Part shown: piece after piece, positions 12,035 to 23,156 of the stretch
How the letters are laid out: each line of letters begins with the position of its first letter
How positions within the stretch are numbered: the stretch's first letter is position 1
Source: Amphiscolops sp. MND2022
Taxonomy: Eukaryota
Length of the DNA: 64,000 nucleotides
Direction: 5' to 3'
Assembly: GCA_964187785.1 (NCBI GenBank)
Contig: OZ076421.1
Location: 51,708,001 to 51,772,000, forward strand
Notes under the pieces: model-generated
Databases searched by the model: none
The model's input: only the letters and a program-made list of their open reading frames with translations
What the model was told of the DNA's origin: nothing
Position numbers and translations under genes: made by a program

Positions 12035-15000
12035 ATTCGTTTGAACAAAGCGACTTGAATGGAGGGTAGTATAAGGAAAGGGCGACCAAACTAGAAAATG
12101 GTAGAAATAGAAGTCAATAGAAGTTTGAGTTTCAGAGTATGAAGTATTAGAGATTTACTATCAACATATGCCGGCCCCCTTGATCGGGTTCAAGATCTCG
12201 GTGGGGAGCAAAGTAGTACTTGTATTGCATTTTTGTTTGAAAAAATCTATACTAAGCTTTGGTTAAGACGGGTCCTCAGACTAAATTCCAATCGAAGGGC
12301 ACTAGAGGAAAAAAAGAACCAGTAGTACCCAGGAAATACAAATTCAAAAAATAAAAAAACGGAACTGCTAACAAAGCGGAACAGAACTTGGGATAAACGT
12401 TTTCGGAAGAACAAAAAAACAAGCTCATTTGAATAATAAATACGATTTTAGAACAATCTTATACAACTACTTTGTTCGTTGAAAATCGGTAAATGATATT
12501 GAATCGTTTAGGTACGATAACGAGGGTGTACTGGTTGTGATATTGCTATGTTTCTTTATTTTTAGTTCTTCGTCTTTATTTCGCTTCTTCGGGTCTTCGC
12601 TGTTGTTAGTTTTGGTACTGATCCAATGCTGCAAGTTTCCCTTTCGTTGTTGACTTTGTTTCTGATTGACTTCTTGGTAGTTTCTATGAGATACTTCTGC
12701 TGGAAGGAATAATGACAGCTGACTGGCCAAACGTATCAGTCCGTATCGCAACAACGAGGGAGCATTTGGTCATTTCCATCGAAAACTTCGATGATTTTAG
12801 CCATCGGTAACATCATTGGTGATTTGTTGTGGTCCTTCAAGAAAACGATGTCTCCATTCTGTAGAATTTCTTGCTCCACTGTCCAATCAGTTCCATGTTG
12901 AAGAGTTGTGAGGTATTCTGGGACCAGCGGTCCGAGAAGAAATGCATCGCCTGTTTAGCGGCTGGCAGGTAAACAAGGCTTGGGTGTTCGTGAACTGCGT
13001 TGTTGTGGGTGTTAAAACTCACAAGTGTTCTGGTAAAAGATCGTCGACGTACATATCGAATTTGAGCACTAGGGCGGTGACAGGGTTCTGTATTGTTTCG
13101 ACTAACTCGAACAAGAGTCGTATGTCATGAAATCTAGCTGATATCGGGCGGTAAGTTTTTCGGGTCATACGGTAGTATTGTAACGGTGATGATGGTTTTT
13201 GTTCCAGGGTATACAGTGAAAGTTTTTTCTTCTTTGTCGAGAATTACCTGATTACACTGTTTGGCATTGTCGGCTGACAAAGCCACCTTTTGAAATCTGA
13301 ATCTGATCAAGATGTCTAAAGCATCCGTTTCGATTTTCTAACCAGGCATAAAGTTGTTTTCACCGATGTGTGTCAGGTAGAATGAGTTGGTAGATGCCAT
13401 TGGAATACCAGACTCCGGGAATTTCTCCCAGATCAAAAAAATCCTTGATGAAGGCTGCGTATCTGGCATACAGGCTCTCGTCTTCAGAAAGTTGATATAA
13501 AAGAGTTTTGAGACGACGTTTGAGGCGAACCTTCAATGACAACCCACACAAACAACGAAACACTGTGTGTTACATTGTTTTTTCCCTTGATCAGGGCATC
13601 CAGCATGATGGACTGAGAAAGCACAAATTTCAGCGGGTGTGTCGAATAGCGGATCACCGAGCTTGAGATGTGGAACATGCTTGAAAGAAGATGTCGCATT
13701 CCTGTATGAAGGCAAGATGTTGATGAGCTTTAACATTACAAAGGCTCTCACCGGAAGAGCTGCTGCTCTTTTCGGGGTGATGAGGAAGTCTGTGGTCCCT
13801 CGAAGTTGTAGCTCATCATTGGCGCTCAGATCAAAGATGCGCACTTGATGTTTTTACAGTGAAAGACTTACACGTGCTACTAGATTCTCAGTGAGATTAC
13901 TTTAGGAACCTGAGTCGAAAAGTGCTCAGCAAAGGGTCGTTTCACCATTTACCAAAAATGGTATAAAGTCTGTTTGCGGTGACTGTATTGGTTAGTTCAT
14001 GAGAAAGAGAGAGAGGGAGAGAGAGAGAGAGAGAGAAGTATCAGTGAACTGCTCTGGTGGTGGTGATGCTACACCGGTTCCGTTTTCTGATTCATTGTCT
14101 CGAATGTTTTCTGCGACTGTACCAATGACTGAATGTGTTTACCGTTGTGATTGCAAAAGAAGTAGATTGTGATGCTTCAGATTGCAACAAATACAGGTTG
14201 GTTCTCCGCATTCTTGGTGTCGGCGACCTGCTGGCACACAATTGAAGCAAGTTTTTTGAATTTGACGAACTCAGCTTGAATCGGAACAGATAATTGCTTG
14301 AACATTGAGCAGAGAGGTAATTTCTAAGTGCCATTGCAGTACTGGTAACTGATAGTGTTTGTCTTGTCGTCGTATTGGTATGGTAGTTGCGTTGTGAAGT
14401 TTGCGATTGTTAGGTGTGCCTTTGACAAGCTAAAAAACGATGTCGAGATGAACTAGTTGTCCCTGAGAGTGTCGATGCATCTAGAGCTAAAGATCGATCT
14501 TTCAGGAGCTTTGTCAAGTCGTTGTATGTTATAAGATCCGTTCCAGGAGTTGAGAGCTACCAAAACTTCCTCGAATTGACAGGGAGTTTTTCTGTGACAA
14601 TGTATATTAGAAAAACATCTTGCTGATTGACTGGTTGGCCCATGTTCTACATCTTTTCCTTTTGCATTTCAATTTACTCTCAGATTCGATGTTTCTGTAA
14701 GTTGACAAAGTTCTTGAGCTGTTTCGTTGGTAAGCAGTTGCTGTATAGATGAACAATGTAGATGGGCGCGCAAAATCATGCGGTTGTTTTGGTAGCGATA
14801 TAGCGACATCTTCAAGGCGACAATGTAGCAGCGTCAGTGATTGTTGCTGAGGCTATAAGCTTCGCGGCATTGCCTTTCAAAGCTGCTTTGCGATGCTATA
14901 GTTTCTGCCTATTCAGCAGTGTCCTACTGTTGTGTGACTTGCCCCAGTCACCAACTCACAAAATGAGGTCCTTGAGAGACAATTTTCTGAAAAAATTCCA

Positions 15001-15737
15001 AGTTCCTGAAAAAGTTCCTTAAAAGCAGATCCATTTTAGGTGCAGAATGTTGCTTTTCCAAGGTTTCTTGCTCATTGAACTTCGGTTGAATATGCAGATA
15101 AAAGTTCAGTTAGGAAGGAAGGTTTTCTGGAGAGATTTTTGTGTGGTTGTTCCAATCGGATAACTGAATCGTGGTGGTCAGAGAGCGAGTCGGCGGAACA
15201 GGACTTCTACTACTGTCCAGTATATAGTGGCAAACCACTTTTAGGATGCACGGATTTTCTTTTGTGTTTCAATCTCATTGTTTTTCGCAGTCGTTTCATC
15301 GTTGTTCTCATGACTTGGTTTAACTTTACTCAACTTTTCTTGTACTATCAACTGAGCTTGAGTTTAGATACTTTGCGTGAACCTTCACGCCTTTTGAATA
15401 GTGACGAAGTGTGTTTTGAATAACATTGAAATTGTCTTTGAAAACTTTGAATCTTTGAATACAGACGAAGTTTGTTTTGAATACTTTTGAATTTCTCTTT
15501 CCAAACTTTGAGATTTTTATTACTGACGATCACTGCTTTGAATTACTTTGAATTTGTCCTTACAAACTTTGAAGCTTTGAATACTGACGGAAATGGCTCC
15601 CAATAAAGGTTTGAACAAGGCAACTTCAATGAAGAGTAGTATTAAGAAAAAATGAACAAACTAGAAAATATTAGAAATAGAAGTCAATAGAAGTTTTAGT
15701 TCCAGATGTTGAAGTTTTGGAGTTTTTACCATCAACA
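12035..15737 (-). mobile_element. Internally deleted BEL/Pao LTR retrotransposon (5' LTR to 15737, gag, PR region, partial RT, IN C-terminus, 3' LTR start at 12166)
   Basis: Homologous LTR starts TGTTGATGG (15737) and TGTTGATAG (12166). A Cys-rich knuckle remnant lies at ~14100-14330. RYAAFIKDFFDLG and MYVDDLL RT segments and the integrase C-terminus are present. Confidence 0.8.
14001..14036 (+). repeat. (GA)n microsatellite
   Basis: gagaaagagagagagggagagagagagagagagaga. Confidence 0.9.
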
Positions 15738-18700
15738 ATTATCCTACGAAATCACTTCCCAAACACCTAGATTTGTTAACTCGCTTCGCACCATCGATAA
15801 TAGTGTAAAAGTGTAAAGCCAAAAAAACTACAATGTTTTAAGCCACCTTTTGTAAATTGACTCAGCTATAATGCCTCCAAACTTGCATCCACTCAGAACT
15901 CCATCTCAAACAAAGACCACCTCTGACGACTCTCTGAAAAGACACCCTGAATTGTAGCGACTTTTCCGTTCCTTTAAATCAGACTACCTCCTATCGATTT
16001 AAAATCCCACCCAATCGTAACCATGATGATTGTTTGCATACACCTTCAAGCATCTACCAGAGCTCTCTTTTTGAAAGCGAACGAATTAAAATCTTTTCAA
16101 CTCCAAATCAGAGTTCAAAAGCCTACTCAATTTGATATAAAGACCAAATTGAAATAATCTAACCCTTTGCACTTTTTCTAAGAAACTCACCATGACTTGT
16201 ATTCTTTCTCAACGCAAACTCATCTCAAAATGTTTCATTTCAAAACAAAAAGTTCACTTCATCATCTTCCTACCACTATCGTCGATCAAACTATCGCCAC
16301 TGTGGCACTTTTGGAAACTTTGACCCTGTAGAGCAATACTTCATCCTTGTTCCATACCACGGCCCCAAACGCCTATTTACTTTTCCTGAAGAAGCAATAT
16401 CAAGAACGATTTTGGAAACAATGTAAAATAACTTTAATTATCGCACTGTAACAACCGGAATCACAAAGCTTCAACTTGTCAAATAGTTCTAACCGCATTC
16501 TCTACTCTTCCACACAACCCAGAACAACCTCGTATTTAAATTACTCTTACTTTTGTACTGCTTACATGCAATGCCATCTTGTCATACTAAAGCACTTGGG
16601 TGTTTGTTGGGTTATCTTACATTATTTTAGAAGATTGAAGTGCTTTGAAAAGACGCTAATAGAGCTGTCGATATTAGGTCTGATGTAATGGCAACTGGCT
16701 GGTGAAGACTTTACATTGTTGTGTATGAGTACAAATCAGAAAGTGCTTTACAGTGTGAGGTATGATATTGAATATGAATTACATACATTAAAATTCAAGA
16801 GACAAAATTCAAGTCTAGACATTCATATAAAGGGTGAGGGGAGATGATGGTTGACGGACTTGGCAGTGATTGACAACTAAAAGTGCGGCGGAGAAGATTC
16901 GAGAGTGGTGTGAAAAGAGCAAAGAAAATGTGGTGGTGGCAAACATGAACCATTATTGAGACGGAGATTCTTAGTTCTCATATCAATTTAAGCTTTAATC
17001 TTATGCGTCTTTTTTACAAACGAAAATAAAATAAGAATGAGGAGCTTCAGCGGCAAGAAGGCGGCGTGATTAAAGTCGAATAAGTTAAAAAACAAATCAA
17101 ATATTAGTCAACATTTGTTCAGGACTTGTTCTCATGTGGCTGGGGAAACAATTATTAAGTTGGGGAAAGTGGGCAATCGGAATCGCGATTAAGCTCGGAT
17201 ATGCTATGTGAACGAGAATTTTTAAAAAGAGGAAGAAACTGCAAAAAAATTAAAGCAGGAGCTTCGATAACCGAAATCAACATTGAAGTATATTTTCAAG
17301 TCTCATCGTTTTGAGATGAATCTGAGACCTTTTGGAAGCAGGTTCATCGTTTTTATTGTGATCTATTTAGTTTGAAAAAAGATTTTCTTGGAGGAGTGTT
17401 TCGACTATAGTTTTGACATGTTTTGTCTGTTTATTCAAGACGGAAGTGACGAATTGAAATGAGAAACAGTCTAATGGATTGTGTGTAACGGTTTACACTT
17501 TATCTTGAAATCGAAGTGTAAGTTTGTCATTACCGTAATCGAAAAGAATTAGGTGTGATTCGATTCTTGAGTTAGTGTTACTTCTTCAATTTTGACTCAA
17601 TTGTGGACTGGTTTTAATGAGTTAACAGTTGGAGTTGAGTGAACTCAAGGTGTGCCGGTAATGTATTATGTTGTACAATCATACCATGTCATGCCATGAC
17701 TGTAACGGCTCAATTGGTACCATCGGTGTGTATAATAAGATGGTTGAAAATTTGGTTTAAATCAATCAGGCTTTATAACGCCGAGAGTTGAGTGTACTTT
17801 TACTAGTAAAAAGAACTCAAGTTGGTGAGCGAAGAAATTTTTGAACAAACAAAGAAATCTTATGAAGTGAGAGCAAATTTGATAACACAAATTCTCGATC
17901 GTATGTTGAAAAGTTCTGTTCTTGATTGTTTAATAAACAGGAGTTTTACGAAATAACTTGCAATTTGTTTGTAGAGTTACATTTTAAAAATGGCACTCAA
18001 CCCAACAACGATGTGTCTACTGTGATGTAGAAAGTGTGCCATTTGCTAGGAAAAGGCATGTTTTGCATCCTTTCATTTATTTTCGATGTAGATTCAGGAA
18101 TCCATTCAAACAAAATATCACCATGGAGGAGGGTATCAAAAAATTTGAGTGGGGTGTGAAGTTTGATTGAAACGTTTAAGTGAAAATGCATTGAATATAG
18201 GAATCTCAAATTCAGTTTTGTATCCGAAAGTTTTTAAATTACGAATACCGTCTACTTTGGAGAATATGGGTTTAGTAGTATTTCTACCTAATTAGTGTTC
18301 AAGGAGATTAACAGTGTAGTAGCGTCAGTGATTGTTACTGATGCTGGAAGCTTCGCGGCATCGCCCTTCAAAGCTGCTTTGCGATGCTGTAGTTTCTGAC
18401 TATTCAGCAATGTCCTACTGTTGTGACTTGCCCCAGTGAACAAGTCACAAAATTAGGTCCTTGAGAGATAATTTCCTGAAAAAATTCCAAGTTCCTGAAG
18501 AAGTTCCTTGAAAACAGGTCCATTTTAGGTGCAGAATGTTGCTTTTCCAAAGTTTCTTGCTCATTGAACTTCGCTTGAATATGTAGAATAAATTCAGTTA
18601 GGAAGGTTTCCTCGTGAGATTTTAGTGTGGTTGTTCCAAGCGGATAACTGAATCGTTGGTGGTCAGAAAGCGAGTCGGCGGATAAGGACTTCTACTACTG

Positions 18701-20210
18701 TCCCGTATATAGTGGCAAACCACTTGTAGGAAGCACGGTTTTTCTTTTGCGTTTCAATCTCACTGTTTTTCGCTGTCGTTTCATTGTTGTTCTCATTACT
18801 TGGTTTAACTTTACTTAACTTTTCTTGTACTATGAACTGAGCTTGAGTTTTTATACTTTGCGAGAACCTTCACACGTTTTGAATAGTGACGAAATTTGCT
18901 TTGAATAACATTGAAATTGTCTTCCGAATCTTTGAATCTTTGAATACAGACGAATTTTGTTTTGAATACTTTTGAATTTCTCTTTCCAAACTTTGAGGTT
19001 TTTATTACTGACGAAGACTGCTTTGAATTACTTTGAATTTCTCTTTACAAACTTTGAAGCTTTGAATACTGACGGAAATGGCCACCAATAAAGGTTTGAA
19101 CAAGGCAACTTGAATGAAGAGCAGTTTTAAGAAAAAATGAACAAACTAGAAAATATTAGAAAGAGGAGTCAATAGAAAATTTAGTTCCAGAGTATGAAGT
19201 TTTAGAGGTTTTACCATCAACAATTATCCTACGAAATCACTTCCCAAACACCTCGATTTGTTAACTCGCTTGGCACCATCGATAATAGTGTAATAGTGTA
19301 AAACCAAAAAAACTACAATGATTTAAGTCACTTTTTGTAAATGGACTCAGCTATCTTGCCTCCAAATTTTTTGAGTTGGAGTAACTTCTTCAATTTTGAC
19401 TCAATAGTGGACTGGTTTTAACGAGTTAACAATTGGAGTTGAGTGAACTCAAGGTGTGCCGGTGATGTATTATGTTGTACAATCATACCAGGTCATGCCA
19501 TGACTGCAACGGCTCGTCATCGGTGTGTATAATGGTACCATCGGTGTGTATAATAAAAAGGTTGGAGAATTTGGTTTAAATCAAATGAACTTTATAAAGC
19601 CGAGAGTTGAGAGTACTTTTACTAGTAAAAAGAACTCAAGTTGGTGAGCAAATAAATTTTTGAACAAACAAAGAAATCTTATGAAGTTAAACTAAGTTTT
19701 AATATTTATTTAATTTTAAGATTTTAATTTTTAAGATTTAATTATTATTAAGAGCAAATTTAATAACACAAAGTTCTCGATCGTATGTTGAAAAGTTCTG
19801 TTCTTGATTGTTGTAATAAACAGGAGTTTTACGAATTAACTTGCATTTTGTTTTTAGAGTTAGGTTTTAAACCTTGCACTCAACCCAAACAACGATGTGT
19901 CTACTGTGATGTACAAAGTGTGCGATTTGCTAGGATAAGGCATGTTTTGCATACTTTCATTTATTTTTGATGTAGAGTTTGTCTAATTCAGGAATCCATC
20001 CAAACAAAAAATCCTCATGGAGGAGGGTATCAAAAAATTTGAGTGGGGTGTGAAATTTGATTGAAAAGTTTCAGTGAAAATGCATTGAACCTAGGGATCT
20101 CAAATTCAGTTTTGTATCCGAACGTTTTTTAGTTATGAATACTGTCTACTTTGGAGAATATGGGTTCAGTAGTATTTTTGCCAATTTAGTGTTCAAGGAG
20201 TTTAACAGTG
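14824..20210 (+). repeat. Older tandem duplication of 14824-18316 with a ~1.7-kb deletion in the second copy (A-C-B-A'-B')
   Basis: A (14824-15885) matches A' (18315-19370), and B (17570-18316) matches B' (19370-20210). There is a TG microhomology at the junction. Identity is roughly 85-90% by eye. Confidence 0.9.
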
Positions 20211-22450
20211 ATAAGGATGTGAAACGATTTTTGAAGAGCAGTCTTAACATGAGTACTACATATTTGGTGTAGTTGTTCAATATGTTCGATTATAAGAGTA
20301 TAGGGTATTCTAAAAGCAGTATTTTATCCATATGGACGAGTGCCAAACCTTGGTCACTAAGTTTTTGAGAGAATGTGTAATTTTGTTGTGTGATAAAATT
20401 TGGGACTCATTCTAAATATTGAAAGCTGCGAGTGAAAGCACAAAAATTGTCATTGGATGGAGACCTTGTGAGAGTAATAGCTTCCTCGTCGAGAGGAACA
20501 TGTGCATAGGTGTGGATACGGTCAATGACAAATTGAATGATTTTGTCAGCTCTTGCTATTTGGGTAGCTGAAGGTTGTATTGCTCAGGTTTCAAAAATTT
20601 TGATCTGTGTCGGAGTTTAAGTGTCATGCATCAAGTGTTATATATCTCCTTTGGGGACAATATAAAGAGGATTTAAAAATGAGGTTCCGTGTATTTGTCA
20701 GAAGGAGTGGAGCAAGTTTGTCAAACGGAAAATTGGTGTTCAAACTCATCATTTTAAATATTTCTCTAAATTCAATAGGACTTTAGTGGGTCTTTGAGTC
20801 TGAAATTTATCATTAGGTTTTAGGTGGATTCTTAAAGGTGTAGCTTTTTTACCAGCACCATTCCGAAGCGTGGCGTAGCATATTTGCTATTTTACAAGTA
20901 TGGAGCAAAGTTCTCAATATCTTTGTTGGAGAGAACTGAAAATTGATTTGACCAAAAAAACTTTGAGTTTCAGGTGAATGAAGAAGATGAGGAAGTGTTT
21001 TCTTTATTAATTAGCAAGACAGTAAATTGTGATTTCTATGTTTATGTTTTTGATGAGGAATGGCAATGTGCAGTTAGGGTTCTGAGAGATTTGGATAACA
21101 AGAGCGAAAGGTTGAAAGTATTACAGACTTGAAATCGTTAACATGATAGTGTGGAGGTATAATGTTTGTGGTAGGTACTTTAATATAACCTGCTGAGAGG
21201 ATTGCAGAGTGATGAGACGTGGTTTGATTATTAACTGAACAACACTTGGGTTCAGGTTTTGTATTTGATAAATTCATGGAGAAAAGTAAACGTGGAGCTT
21301 AGGCGTGCATTGAAATATGGATGTGGAATTGATGGCCAAACAACCTCGCTTTCTCAATTGTGAAAATTAATGGTGAGGTAGGAAGATTAGTGTTGTGGAT
21401 AACATATGATGCATTTTGTTTAAAATAAATCTTTTAACAACCTACATTGTCTATTCATAGGAGAAAAGGGTAGCCCCTTTTTTATGAGCAGTAAATGAAT
21501 GCATATAAACGTTGGGATCGTGAGGTTAGTTGAAAGTTAAGGACATGTTTTCAATATCCAATGCTTCAATGTATTGTTCAACGGAAGGAGTTCCAAGAAC
21601 TTTGTATTCAACAGTAGTTATGGCGAAAGGAACAAATAGAGTTCGAGTGTTTCCATGAAAGGAAGTGTGTAAAGAGAGAGTGATATTGAATGAAACTGGT
21701 TTTTCAGATTTATTAGCAAATAGTAATTTTTAAATCAGTTTATAGTAAAACCACTTTTGAATATTTGAGGAAATGATCCGCTAATATCGTGAAATTGGGT
21801 AAAATTAATACTGAGATAGAAGCCCAATTAACTAGCAGGAAGAGAAGATTTCATTTTAAAGGGAAGCGTATATCTTCTAGAAGATTTGAAAGAAAAAACA
21901 ATACAACGAAACATGTGGAAGCAGTGACAGCATCGGGTTGAGATTGTGCTTCAGTTAGAGAGTGCATTATGGAAGAAGTGGAACACATTATTTCCAACTT
22001 TTGGCTCAAAAGAAGATTGATCACGAGCAGAGATGAATGAGCATGTTGAATTGAGTTAATAGAGTCTTTTATTAAGGTTTTAGTTTCGATTTGAATGAGA
22101 TCGGCTTTTGTATCGATCTGGACTTGGTACTGAAGGTGGCGATTTGGTAATTCATATTGTTTGGAAGAGGAGATATTGCAACAAGCAGAGCGTTCACGAG
22201 ATTGTGGATTGTATCAAAGGATGGGTGTGTGTTATGGTATCTGTGAGATGTCGAGTTGTTTTTTGATATTCTATTTCTGTCAGTGTTAGAAGTGTGATAA
22301 TATGGTTTGGATTTTTATATCATTTTTGACGGCAGCCTGAACGTGAATGTGAGCGTGAGGATTAGTGGGAGTTCGGAGAAGAGTTTTGATAGGTGTAACT
22401 GTATCGTCTACTAACTACGACAACAAGGTGGATAATTGTTTGAGGAACGG
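16480..22450 (-). mobile_element. Second, more decayed copy of the A/C-rich Gypsy family (gag end, PR, RT, downstream pol)
   Basis: At 20170-20700: GTSFLNPLYIVPKGD..LDA*HLNSDTDQ..TYAHVPLDEEAITL..GLALVHMDKILLL (YxDD position). This is homologous to the RT at 1165-1700. It has the same strand skew and GYIKVP (21074..21277). The left boundary is approximate. Confidence 0.75.
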
Positions 22451-22683
22451 TTGTGAGTAATTTCAAATCCTTGATCTTTAACATTTTTCGGTTAAAAGTT
22501 CAATAATGTCATGTATATTTTTTAGTTTTTACCAGCTTAGCTGAAAAAGACAGCGTTCATAGTTTACCATGTGCTTTAAACATTGATGCTTATATATTTT
22601 TTCTTGACATGAATGAAAATTAATGTCACAAACTTTGGTTTTAAAATGGTATTTTGCTATTTCTGTGTTATTATTGTGAACAG

Positions 22684-22932
22684 ATTGTCAATGAGACTTC
22701 TCTAGACGAGTTCAGCGATGATCAGTATACGTCACTGTGCGGTATTCAAAGTGACGTATATACGTCACAATTTGGATTTCAGCTTAAAACATGTGTTTTT
22801 GGTGATTTGATCAGCACTAATCATACATCACCATGCGAACAACTGGATAAGGCATATGCGGCATACTGCAGTTTTCCAGATACTTGTTGCTTTCGTATGA
22901 TTGGACCATTGGAAGTCATGCAATTACTATTT
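22684..22932 (+). CDS. Candidate host exon, cysteine-rich, C8-domain-like (VWD-associated)
   Basis: A stop-free 108-codon frame with acceptor ttattattgtgaacAG (22683) and donor GTAAGT (22933; alternative GTATGA at 22895). LKTCVFGDL...CEQLDKAYAAYC resembles the C8 pattern C..D.C....C..L.AYA..C. Confidence 0.45.
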
Positions 22933-23156
22933 GTAAGTTATAAACAGAAGAACGTCACTCGGACGTTAGACTATTTATAACACAGTTTTGAACCCGTGAT
23001 AACCAAAACTGAGTGTCATGATTTATGATTTTCCCATTTGTATAAATGCAGATTACTTCAATTGAAATAAAAACTCTTGTTTCACCCGAATTGATTTCAC
23101 AAGGTTGACGAATAAATTCAAACTCTTCCCTACACTTCAAGTCAGTTTTCTGTTGA

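Larger units (their letters stand above)
7651..13216 (+). repeat. Recent head-to-tail tandem duplication, unit ~2.78 kb (7651-10428; 10434-13216)
   Basis: AGCGCCTATGAGGATCCACTCC occurs at 7651 and 10434. Identical or near-identical ORFs are offset by ~2785 bp (7658/10441, 8538/11326, 9681/12467, 10051/12837). Only scattered substitutions separate the copies. Confidence 0.97.
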
